In this document: positions 17,401 to 25,899 of the stretch, in pieces | Position numbering within the stretch: the stretch's first letter is position 1 | Layout: each line of letters opens with the position of its first letter | Assembly (NCBI GenBank): GCA_050309605.1 | Contig: JBNRMN010000008.1 | Span: 1-44,148, forward strand | DNA length: 44,148 bases | Reading direction: 5' to 3' | Source of the DNA: Anaerohalosphaeraceae bacterium | GTDB lineage: Bacteria; Planctomycetota; Phycisphaerae; Sedimentisphaerales; Anaerohalosphaeraceae | Notes under the pieces: model-generated | Told to the model about the DNA's origin: nothing | The model's input: the letters and a program-made list of their open reading frames with translations, nothing else | Database searches by the model: none | Made by a program: the position numbers and the translations under genes

Positions 17401-17823
17401 ATGTTCGATTTTTTTGGGTTCAGAAAAAAATCGCAAAAGACCAAAGTACTGGTTGTGGATGATGAACCGAATATCGTCCAGACGCTTAAAGACCGCCTTG
17501 AAATGAACGATTATCAGGTCTTTGTCGCTCAGAACGGTGCTGAAGGCCTCAAAACCGCTCAGGAACAATCGCCGGATGTGATATTATTGGATGTAATTAT
17601 GCCGATAATGGACGGTCATGAAATGCTCGAACAACTGCGTCAACAGGACTGGGGAAAGCAGATTTCGGTGATTATGCTGACCGCGCGCAGCCAAGCGCAG
17701 GACATTGCCCGAGCGAGAGCCTGCGGTATTGAGGACTATATCATCAAGCCGTTTGACCTGAGCGAACTGCTTGAAAAGATTGAAAACATCGTCGAACGCC
17801 GCAAGACAACGGTCGGCGCCTGA
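17401..17823 (+). CDS. Single-domain response regulator (receiver)
   Basis: VLVVDDE, ILLDVIMPIMDG, MLTA, YIIKPF; short aromatic/basic N-terminal extension. Confidence 0.92.
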   Translation: MFDFFGFRKKSQKTKVLVVDDEPNIVQTLKDRLEMNDYQVFVAQNGAEGLKTAQEQSPDVILLDVIMPIMDGHEMLEQLRQQDWGKQISVIMLTARSQAQDIARARACGIEDYIIKPFDLSELLEKIENIVERRKTTVGA

Positions 17824-17826
17824 CCT

Positions 17827-18396
17827 TTATCGGATGGCGCCCCAATTGGTGGGCTGGTTGTTGATTGAAATCACGCCCGCCCGGCGAATGCACCATAGGG
17901 CGGACGATTGTTTGGCAAATTCCAGCCGCAGCGAGACAAACACGATGCTGCCGAAAGCGGCGTAGCGGCTTTCGGGGTTCAAGTGCACCACGGTATTCAT
18001 TTCCATTTGTGCCTGTTGCTCGTTGAGTGTCAGTTCAATGTGCTGAAATCGCACTTTTTTAATGGACGCCCCGTCAAGTGCCCGTTCAGCCGAAGCCAGC
18101 AGTTCGGCCTTGCTGCGATGGTAGCCGTCATCATAAGGCTCGCAGATGAGCGGGCCCAGCAGCGAGAGATTTTCTTCAATGGCCGCGGTTCTGCATTGCC
18201 GGACAATGGCGTGAATCTGTTCTTTGTCGGTTTGGACGGCCAGATCCAGGCCGATTCCCAACGCCGCCAGCAGCAGCGGGATCAGCAGCGGACGGTAGCC
18301 CCATTCGGGTTTGGCCTGGCGAACGATGGCCGCCGGAACGATGGACAAGGCGGCAATCGTCAGCAGCAGCCAGGGGTTTTCGAATACATTGGTCAT
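17827..18396 (-). CDS. Hypothetical membrane protein (2 TM) with an NTF2/SnoaL-like soluble domain
   Basis: Two N-terminal hydrophobic helices, then TDKEQI...Y.D pattern typical of NTF2-like folds (inference); start overlaps the surE stop. Confidence 0.7.
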   Translation of the reverse strand: MTNVFENPWLLLTIAALSIVPAAIVRQAKPEWGYRPLLIPLLLAALGIGLDLAVQTDKEQIHAIVRQCRTAAIEENLSLLGPLICEPYDDGYHRSKAELLASAERALDGASIKKVRFQHIELTLNEQQAQMEMNTVVHLNPESRYAAFGSIVFVSLRLEFAKQSSALWCIRRAGVISINNQPTNWGAIR

Positions 18397-19172
18397 TTCT
18401 TGGGGTCCTTCTCAACGGGAAGCTGCATTTCCATTGCACGGAGCAATTCATTGGTCATCACATCGGTCAGATCGCTGCGCAGGGCGGTTACGGTAATGTA
18501 CCCCGCTTCCAGAGCGATGGTATCCGTGCTATAGCCGTTTCGGTCGTCGCGATGGGCGCCGCCGCTGAGACGATAGGTCGCCTGCGAGCCGTTGTGCCGA
18601 CAGTCATAAAATTCTTCGAATCCGCAGGTCGATTGAGGCACCACCTGCACCCCCTTGGGCGGCCCTTTGGACAGTTGCGGGATGTTGATGTTGGCGACCT
18701 TGCCGTGCGGCAAATCTTTGAGCTGTTCAATTACCCCCAAGGCGTACTCAGCGGCCCGGTCGGCGTCAAACGGGTCGTCCAGCGCCGCACTGACGGCGAC
18801 AGCCGGCAGGGCGTAAAAGGCCCCCTCTATCGCGCCGGCAACCGTGCCCGAATAAAACACATTGATGCCGACGTTTGCGCCGTGATTCATTCCTGAGACC
18901 ACAAGGTCGATTTTTTCATTGGGTTTGAGCAGTTCATTCAAGGCCAATTTGACGCAGTCAGCCGGCGACCCTTCAATGCTGTAGCCGGCAAATTTACCCA
19001 TAATGTCCACAAACTCACAGGTAATCTCGTCAAGCGTGATGCTGTGCCCGGCGCCCGAACGAACGTCCGACGGCGCGGCGACGGTAACCTGTCCCAGCCG
19101 TGTCAATTGTTTGTGCAGCGCCGCCAGCCCCGGGGCGAATATCCCATCATCATTGGTTAACAGTATATGCAT
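18393..19172 (-). CDS. surE: 5'/3'-nucleotidase SurE
   Basis: ILLTNDDGIFAPG, SGAGHSIT, GSPADCV, VSGMNHGANVG, YSGTVAGAIEG. Confidence 0.95.
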   Translation of the reverse strand: MHILLTNDDGIFAPGLAALHKQLTRLGQVTVAAPSDVRSGAGHSITLDEITCEFVDIMGKFAGYSIEGSPADCVKLALNELLKPNEKIDLVVSGMNHGANVGINVFYSGTVAGAIEGAFYALPAVAVSAALDDPFDADRAAEYALGVIEQLKDLPHGKVANINIPQLSKGPPKGVQVVPQSTCGFEEFYDCRHNGSQATYRLSGGAHRDDRNGYSTDTIALEAGYITVTALRSDLTDVMTNELLRAMEMQLPVEKDPKK

Positions 19173-19207
19173 ACCCTTCCTATACACGCAAACATCCGGT
19201 TTGTCAA

Positions 19208-19236
19208 TTGACCGTTTCCATGGCGCAGGATATAAT
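19208..19236 (+). promoter_or_regulatory. sigma70 promoter for nnrE, predicting a leaderless transcript
   Basis: TTGACC-N17-TATAAT ending 7 nt before ATG 19244. Confidence 0.6.
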
Positions 19237-19243
19237 AACGATT

Positions 19244-19945
19244 ATGCAAGAATGGACAGGACACAATACGGACGGATGGGCAGTGATGAGTCGTCAGGCG
19301 GCTCAGGCATTCGACAGTCGAGCTATCCACCAGATCGGAATACCCGGCGTCGTGTTGATGGAAAACGCGGGCAGGGGAGCTGCTGAGGTCATTTGTGAGC
19401 TGTGGAAATCGAAACCGCTGTTGCGGGCGGTTATTTTTTGCGGCGGCGGCAACAATGGCGGCGACGGATTTGTCATTGCCCGCCATTTGTTCAATCGGGG
19501 CTGCGATGTACAGACGGTTCTTTGCGCCGCGCCGCGCCGACGTGGCGGCGATGCGCAGATCAATTATGAGATTTGCCGTCGAATGGAAATCAATAACACC
19601 GTATTGGACATAGAATCGCCGAATACACTGGAAGCCGTTCGCACCCTCACATCGGGCCGGGACGTCGTGGTCGATGCGCTGTTTGGAACCGGACTGGAAG
19701 GCGAGCTTTCTTCCTCGTATGCGGCTCTGATCAGTTGCCTCAACGCACAAAACATCCCCATTGTCTCGGTCGATATTCCCTCCGGCCTGGACTGCGATAC
19801 CGGTCAGCCGCTTCCGGTCAGCATCGAAGCGGCTGCAACCGTGACCTTTGCCGGTCTGAAACAAGGTTTTGTCCAAAATCCCCAGTCCCGTCAAGCTACC
19901 GGGCGCGTTTTTGTCGCATCCATCGGCATTGAGCCGAGTGTTTAA
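19244..19945 (+). CDS. nnrE: NAD(P)H-hydrate epimerase (stand-alone YjeF N-terminal domain)
   Basis: LMENAGR, CGGGNNGGDGFVIARHL, VDALFGTG, VDIPSG. Confidence 0.9.
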   Translation: MQEWTGHNTDGWAVMSRQAAQAFDSRAIHQIGIPGVVLMENAGRGAAEVICELWKSKPLLRAVIFCGGGNNGGDGFVIARHLFNRGCDVQTVLCAAPRRRGGDAQINYEICRRMEINNTVLDIESPNTLEAVRTLTSGRDVVVDALFGTGLEGELSSSYAALISCLNAQNIPIVSVDIPSGLDCDTGQPLPVSIEAAATVTFAGLKQGFVQNPQSRQATGRVFVASIGIEPSV

Positions 19946-21381
19946 TTGACTCCCATTTTGGCTGAAAGCGTGTCGTAGCCAATCAGATATAAGAATCGCT
20001 CGTAGTTAAAGACCGGCACGCGAAGATTGCCGGCTTTGGTGAGCATCTCGTTGTACACCTCAGCGCGTCGGCGCGAGTTTTCATATCGCTGAAATGCAGT
20101 GGGATCAACGTCCAGCTCGTCCTGCGTCGGACGCGGCGGAACGACCGGTTCGGCCCCTACGATCACAAAGTCAGTATCAATGGTAATATCGTCCCGAACA
20201 ACGCCGCCCCAGCGTTCAATCAGTTCCTTGACCTGTTCGGCGCCGTCGGGATTGATGCGGCCGTCGCGCGTTGTGTCAAAATCGCCGACCACCACAAATT
20301 GATTGCTTGTTTTGGGGTCCCAGATCAGGTTGACGACACGATCATCCGGCACGATGGGGTTTCGCCGGTCCCATCGCACGATTCGCGCGACGCTGACTTG
20401 CTGGCCGACCTGAAAGACCTCGATTTCCGCTTTGCCCTTGCCGTCTTCAGGGATCGGAACATTGCTTTGATAAATGGCGAAGGTCAGGCCGGGATAGACG
20501 CGGTCTTGTCGTCCGACGTCAAGCGTTACCAATTCATTTTGCAGATCGACGCGAACGATTCGCGCATCCGGCCGGTAAGCGGGCACTTCCACGTCCGGAC
20601 GGGGCTTGATGGCTTCCAGTTTGGCCAGTGCATCCTGAAGCAGCGATTCGTTTTCCTGCAGCCGCCGCTCGGTTTCCTGCAGTTCAAGCTGGCGTGCCCG
20701 CAGGCGCGCCTGCTCATTTTCCAGCCGTTCACGATAAGTTGCGATCTGTTCTTCGGTGGCGTTTTCCATCTGCCGACGAAGCTGTTCAAATTCTGTGCGA
20801 ATCTGATCGGTCAGTGATTGGGAGGTGTCCAGTTCGCTGAGAAACAGATTCTGCCGCTGCTGCATCTGCTCCTGAAGACTGTCAAAATCATCCTGAAGTG
20901 CATAATAGGCATCCTGAAGCTGCTGTAACCGGCTGCGAGCGCCGTCCAGCTTTTGCTTGAGATCCTCGATGACGTTCAACAATGCGACGCCCTCAACGCC
21001 GACGGCAGGATTGGCGTCGGTGCCCAAGGCCGCCATGGTGTTGTTGATCTGCATAATCACGTCGTTGACCTTGACATCGGACGGGATTTCCTCCGAGGGG
21101 TCCTGTCCGGTAATCGCCCGATACAATGTGTTCACCAGCGACTGCATTGTGGCCAGATAACTTTTTCCCGCTTCGGCCTTTCCGACGATACGGGTCAGCG
21201 CCGTCTGTTCGCGGGCGGTCGCGAGCCTCTCGGTATCGGTTCGCAGGGTCTCAAGCTGCGTACGATATTCTTCCGATTTGACATAAAAAATAACGGCACA
21301 GACCGTTGCAATAACAAACAGCCCCACAAAGGTAATCAGCGAATACAGCATTGTATTGCTTTGCGAGCTTCTGGCTGCCAT
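19942..21381 (-). CDS. Membrane-anchored coiled-coil protein with a beta-barrel domain and a C-terminal BRCT-like domain
   Basis: One N-terminal TM; long Q/E/L-rich heptad region; C-terminal FVVVG...IERWGG...DTDFVIVG...VPVF pattern resembling BRCT. Confidence 0.7.
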   Translation of the reverse strand: MAARSSQSNTMLYSLITFVGLFVIATVCAVIFYVKSEEYRTQLETLRTDTERLATAREQTALTRIVGKAEAGKSYLATMQSLVNTLYRAITGQDPSEEIPSDVKVNDVIMQINNTMAALGTDANPAVGVEGVALLNVIEDLKQKLDGARSRLQQLQDAYYALQDDFDSLQEQMQQRQNLFLSELDTSQSLTDQIRTEFEQLRRQMENATEEQIATYRERLENEQARLRARQLELQETERRLQENESLLQDALAKLEAIKPRPDVEVPAYRPDARIVRVDLQNELVTLDVGRQDRVYPGLTFAIYQSNVPIPEDGKGKAEIEVFQVGQQVSVARIVRWDRRNPIVPDDRVVNLIWDPKTSNQFVVVGDFDTTRDGRINPDGAEQVKELIERWGGVVRDDITIDTDFVIVGAEPVVPPRPTQDELDVDPTAFQRYENSRRRAEVYNEMLTKAGNLRVPVFNYERFLYLIGYDTLSAKMGVN

Positions 21382-21786
21382 AAGCCTCTACTCCTAAATA
21401 GACCGCAGGTTGCAAAGTATTTATTATTCCGACAAAAAATGCCCCCTATCAGGGCGGAATCAGCAATGTAGTATGGGGACAAAGAGCGTTGCCGTCAACA
21501 AAAAACATTTTGGAAAAGCCGCTTTTTAATGCAGTTACCGTATTTTTCAGGAAAAATACAACACTTATGGCCTTTTGACGTTTCTATCGTTGGGCTGTTG
21601 CTTCTGTTCGGGACGGGTGGGCGGCTTCGAGGTGTGGATTGTCCTTGCTCTTTCAGGAGAAGGTGGTTAAATGGGATCGTCAGGGTGGATAACGCAGCGC
21701 TCAGAGGGGTTTGGACGACGAGGCCGGACCCCGGCCGAGCATGGCTAATACGGAAATCAGATACTTAAAATCCCAAAAGGAGACGT

Positions 21787-22524
21787 ATGAACTTAAATGG
21801 CTTACCGGATCAGGCGCGACAGGCCGTTAAACTGCTTGTTGAGACGTTGTCGGGGCGTCTGGACGAAAATCTGCTCAGTCTGACGTTGGTCGGCAGTGTG
21901 CTCAGCGGGGAGTATTGCCCCAAACGCAGCGACATCAATTCAGTTTTGGTGGTCAGGCACAACACGCCGGAAATCCTCGATTTTTTGGCCGAAATCGGCC
22001 CGAAAATGGGACGTCAGAGGCTTTCGGCGCCGCTGTTGATGTGGCCGGAGTATATCCGGCGCTCCTGCGATGTGTTCGCGGTGGAATGGCTGGATTATCA
22101 ATGGCGGCATGTGACCGTTGTCGGGGACGATCCGTTCGCCGAATTGCGGTTTGAGAAACGCGATGTTCGTTTGCAATGTGAACGGGAGTATAAATCGGCG
22201 CTGGTTCGATTGCGGCAGGGGTATATCCGTTCCGCACGCAAGCCGGCGCTGATTGCCGAGCTGCTGGCCGCAGCCGCGCGGGAGCTGATGCCGTATTTGA
22301 GGGCAACGCTGTGGCTGGCTGACGGCGAACGGCCCGCTGCGGCGGCAGAGACCTTTGAGCGGCTGGGCGGAGTGGTCAATGTCTCTCTGGACGCGCTGGC
22401 CCGGCGGTATGCCGGACGTTATGAAATCAAACGGCCGTCTGCGGAGGCGATGCAGACTGATTTTGGACAGGTCTGCAAAGCAGTGGGATCATTGGCCGAC
22501 TATGTTGATAAACTGGAGGTGTGA
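21787..22524 (+). CDS. Pol-beta superfamily nucleotidyltransferase-like protein with a helical C-terminal domain
   Basis: LTLVGSVLSGEYCPKRSDINSVLV (hGS-x-SDhN variant of GS-x-DhD); AAGGAG RBS. Confidence 0.75.
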   Translation: MNLNGLPDQARQAVKLLVETLSGRLDENLLSLTLVGSVLSGEYCPKRSDINSVLVVRHNTPEILDFLAEIGPKMGRQRLSAPLLMWPEYIRRSCDVFAVEWLDYQWRHVTVVGDDPFAELRFEKRDVRLQCEREYKSALVRLRQGYIRSARKPALIAELLAAAARELMPYLRATLWLADGERPAAAAETFERLGGVVNVSLDALARRYAGRYEIKRPSAEAMQTDFGQVCKAVGSLADYVDKLEV

Positions 22525-23336
22525 AGGTGCAAAAATCAGTTATCCTAAATTTCATTTTTCTGGTCGGTGTCGTTACGGCTGTTTCGACAGACCTGCCTCA
22601 GCCAACTCATTACGTCGAAGACCGTGCCGCGATTATCAGCACAGACTATCGGCACAAACTCAATGGCTTGCTCCAGGAGTTGGAACAGAAAACCGGCGCT
22701 CAGTTTATTATTTTGACGGTGAAGACCACCGGCGCGATGCCGATTGAGCGGTTTTCCATCGAGGTGGCCGAACGCTGGAAACTGGGGCGCAAAGACCGCG
22801 ACGACGGGTTTTTGTTTACGGTGGCCGTCCAGGACAGAGCGTTTCGATTCGAAGTCGGCTACGGACTGGAAGGCTTTTTGACCGATCAGTTCTGCGGGCA
22901 GGTCGGCCGCCAAGTGCTGGTCCCTTATATGCAGCAGGGGCGATACGCCGAGGGCATTTATCAGGCGACTCTGGCATTGACCGACCGAATGGCTCGACAT
23001 TATAATGTGACGCTGACCGGAATGCCTCGCGGCTACAGCAATCCGGTACCGGACAGGCTTTCGGTGACGCCGTGGTGCAGTCTGCTGCCTTTCATTATTC
23101 TTTTTCTGGTCTTTATGACCGCCGCCGGGCGCGGCACGCCGTTTTGGCTGTTATGGCTGCTGCTTGGCCATCGCTTCGGGGCCTCGCGCAATGGCTATTA
23201 TTCAGGCGGCTTTTGGGGCAGCAGAGGATATGGCGGCGGTTCCGGCGGTTCCGGCGGTTTCGGCGGTGGCTTCGGGGGCTTTGGCGGAGGACTGGGCGGC
23301 GGCTTCGGCGGCGGCGGGTTCAGTGGACGATGGTAA
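22521..23336 (+). CDS. TPM domain (YgcG-like) membrane protein with a Gly-rich tail
   Basis: Signal peptide, YVEDRAAII, WKLGRKDRDDG, FEVGYGLEG, TM helices, GGFGGG...SGRW tail; GTG overlaps the upstream stop. Confidence 0.92.
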   Translation: MKVQKSVILNFIFLVGVVTAVSTDLPQPTHYVEDRAAIISTDYRHKLNGLLQELEQKTGAQFIILTVKTTGAMPIERFSIEVAERWKLGRKDRDDGFLFTVAVQDRAFRFEVGYGLEGFLTDQFCGQVGRQVLVPYMQQGRYAEGIYQATLALTDRMARHYNVTLTGMPRGYSNPVPDRLSVTPWCSLLPFIILFLVFMTAAGRGTPFWLLWLLLGHRFGASRNGYYSGGFWGSRGYGGGSGGSGGFGGGFGGFGGGLGGGFGGGGFSGRW

Positions 23337-23365
23337 GATTCATAACAGATGACGGAGATAACACA

Positions 23366-23962
23366 ATGAAACACCGAACAGGCAGTGCATTGGTCGTGCT
23401 GGGGGTGATGTTGGTCGTTGTTGTAATCGCGGCGGCAATGATGTTCAGTTGGTATCTGGCCGGTTACAACAAGGCGATTCGGCTGGAAGAAGAGGCGCGG
23501 GCGGCCTGGGCCAACGTGGATTCGGCCCTGCAGCGGCGAATGGATTTGATTCCCAATCTGGTCGAAACCGTCAAGGGCTATGCCGCTCACGAGCGGGAAC
23601 TGTTTGAGCACATTGCCGACGCCCGAACAAAATACTTTCAGACAGACAACGTCGATAGCAAGATTGAAGCGGCCAACGAAGTCGGTGCGCTGCTGAGCCG
23701 ATTGCTGATGCTCCAGGAGCAATATCCCGACCTGAAGGCCAATCAGAATTTTCTGGCCCTGCAGGACAGCCTCGAAGGGACGGAAAACCGCATTAATGTG
23801 GAACGCATTCGCTACAACAACGCCGTCAAGAATCTGAATATCTATACGCGCGAGTTTTTCGGTTCGTTTTTCTGCCGGCGCGCCGGGGTGGAGCCGATGG
23901 AGCTGTTTGAGGCCGCCCCCGAAGCGGCTCAGCCGCCGACGGTGGATTTCGGGCAGCGCTGA
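23366..23962 (+). CDS. lemA: LemA family protein
   Basis: N-terminal TM; AWANVD..LQRR.DLIPNLVETVKGYAAHE; YPDLKANQNF; LEGTENRI; GGAG RBS before ATG 23366. Confidence 0.95.
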   Translation: MKHRTGSALVVLGVMLVVVVIAAAMMFSWYLAGYNKAIRLEEEARAAWANVDSALQRRMDLIPNLVETVKGYAAHERELFEHIADARTKYFQTDNVDSKIEAANEVGALLSRLLMLQEQYPDLKANQNFLALQDSLEGTENRINVERIRYNNAVKNLNIYTREFFGSFFCRRAGVEPMELFEAAPEAAQPPTVDFGQR

Positions 23963-23996
23963 TCGACGCGTCAAAAAACCCCGAAGAACAAGACGA

Positions 23997-24851
23997 TTAA
24001 CGCGATTCAAAGGGCGCTGGTCTGCCTTGTTTGCGATCGTGTGCGGCCATGCGCCGGACTTTGCGCTTGATCTGTCGGATAATCCATTTGTCCTGCCGTG
24101 TTAGTTTCTTTTTCTGCCGATAATGCAGATAAAACCGTAGCCGATCCGTGCGGCTGACGGCCCGGCCCGGCGCCGAGTAATAGAGTTGCGACAAGTCTTT
24201 TATGCGAAAACGTTCGCTCAGCAGGATCGGCCTGATGACGCGCTGCAAGTCGATTAAATGCAGCGTTTGGTGTTTGTCCAGAAACACATGGCACAGGTAC
24301 AAATCGCGATGGCGACAGCCGGTCGAATGAAACCGCCGCACGAAATCGGCGACCTGGCGGATGAAGGCTTTTCGCTGTCGGGCCGCTTGCGGCGTCAAAT
24401 CCGCCATGCAATCCGGCAGTTTTTGTTCCAGCGACGCGCCGCCGTCGATCTCTTGAATCAGGATGAAACTGCGTTTTTCAAACAGCCCGCCCCATTCAAA
24501 ACCGTAGGCAATGGTGTGGGGTGCGGCAATACCGGCTTCCTCCAGCAGCTCAGTCAGGTGGCCGTCATAGACGCTTGTGCAGCAGCGGCGGCGATGATCA
24601 ATCCAGTTGCGAATCTGCTGCATGGCGGGGGGGTGTTCGTAGCGTTTCAAATAGACCGTCGGTCCGTCTTGGCCGAGCCGAAAGCATGTCCGCGACCGAT
24701 GCGGCGATAATTTTTTTTTGGTCAGATCAGCGCCCCGGTCAAACGCAAAGATGCTGTCCGGCGTCGTCAATCCCATTTCCGTCAAGGCCGACACATAAGC
24801 CGGGTCTGAAAAAAAGCCCGGCGCCAGTTCATAGTCGGGCAATTTATTCAT
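23997..24851 (-). CDS. waaP: LPS core heptose kinase (WaaP/RfaP-like, Kdo/WaaP kinase family)
   Basis: VYLKR, HRDLYLCHVF, LIDLQR, KDLSQLYYS; last gene of the heptose operon. Confidence 0.8.
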   Translation of the reverse strand: MNKLPDYELAPGFFSDPAYVSALTEMGLTTPDSIFAFDRGADLTKKKLSPHRSRTCFRLGQDGPTVYLKRYEHPPAMQQIRNWIDHRRRCCTSVYDGHLTELLEEAGIAAPHTIAYGFEWGGLFEKRSFILIQEIDGGASLEQKLPDCMADLTPQAARQRKAFIRQVADFVRRFHSTGCRHRDLYLCHVFLDKHQTLHLIDLQRVIRPILLSERFRIKDLSQLYYSAPGRAVSRTDRLRFYLHYRQKKKLTRQDKWIIRQIKRKVRRMAAHDRKQGRPAPFESR

Positions 24852-25899
24852 CGCAGTCTCGGCTCAGGAAGGTTTCGGCGGCCTGGATCACCTGTTCAAC
24901 CGTGATGGATTCCATACAATAATGTCTCGTTGCCTTGCAGACCGGCTTGTCGCACGGCACACAGGGTCCCTGCCCGACAATGCGAATTTCATCGGGGTAG
25001 TCTGTATGTGTCCAGGCCGGGTTGTTCGGCCCGAACAGGGTCACCACTTTACGCCGCAGGGCAATGGCGATATGCCGCGGGCCGGTGTCATTGGTCAGCA
25101 CCAGTGCCGCCCGATTGAACAGGGCTTTTAACTGTCCGCCGGTCAGCGGCGTGTTGCCCAGGTGAATCAACTCAAAGCGGCACAGGGATGCGATTGCCTC
25201 GGCCACCTGCCGCTCGGCGGGCGTCGGTGCTACCGAGATGACCACCTGCGCGTTATGCCGCTCGATCAGCGCCTCGGCGCAGGCCGCAAAACGCTGCGGC
25301 GGCCAGAGCTTGCTCGGCCCGAATGCTCCGCCGGGCACAAGAATGACCAGCGGCTTATCGGATCGTGCGATGTGCGGAAACAATCGGTCAACCGCGTCCT
25401 CGTCGGATTGTGCCACGTTCAGCGCCGGCAGAGCGGTCGTCGGCGCAGCACCCAGCGCCTCGGCCAGTTGCAGATAATACATAACCGATGAAATCGGCTT
25501 AAAATGTCCCCTGTTGTCTTTCGGCGGGAAGATGCGATCCGTCAGCAGAATTGACCGGCCGTCGCGGGCGTAGCCGATGCGACGGTCGATTCCAGCCAGC
25601 CATACCGTCAACGCTGAGCCGAACGAATTTTTCAGCAGGATGGCGGTATCGAATGAGCACGAGCGCAATTGTTTGATCTGTGCAGCCGTCCCCCGGGCCG
25701 GATTGACCCAATCGTCGGCACAATCCGTCGGTGACAAAATGGACTGCGTAAACGGCGATGCGAAAAACGTGATTTGCGCATTGGCGTAATGCGCTCGCAG
25801 TGCCTGCAGCGCCGGCGCAGCGCAAATGGCGTCCCCCAGCGGCGACGGCAGCCAAATCACAATGTGTCGCGGCGTTTTCATGGATGATAGGAGCAACAA
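24844..25899 (-). CDS. waaF: LPS heptosyltransferase (GT9, WaaF-like); the start may be ATG 25881
   Basis: PSPLGD, RIGY, PGGAFGPSKLWP, TNDTGPRHIA, LFGP. Confidence 0.85.
   Translation of the reverse strand: MLLLSSMKTPRHIVIWLPSPLGDAICAAPALQALRAHYANAQITFFASPFTQSILSPTDCADDWVNPARGTAAQIKQLRSCSFDTAILLKNSFGSALTVWLAGIDRRIGYARDGRSILLTDRIFPPKDNRGHFKPISSVMYYLQLAEALGAAPTTALPALNVAQSDEDAVDRLFPHIARSDKPLVILVPGGAFGPSKLWPPQRFAACAEALIERHNAQVVISVAPTPAERQVAEAIASLCRFELIHLGNTPLTGGQLKALFNRAALVLTNDTGPRHIAIALRRKVVTLFGPNNPAWTHTDYPDEIRIVGQGPCVPCDKPVCKATRHYCMESITVEQVIQAAETFLSRDCDE

Noticed and set aside
21529..21768. 79-aa ORF in the intergenic region
   Set aside because: No RBS or motifs; it overlaps likely promoter and leader sequence
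23215..23336. Tandem GGC-rich repeats
   Set aside because: They encode the usual Gly-rich tail of TPM proteins; not a CRISPR array or DNA repeat element
23072..23365. N-terminal extension of the LemA ORF (296 aa in the track)
   Set aside because: It overlaps the TPM gene in another frame; ATG 23366 has a good RBS and gives a normal-length LemA
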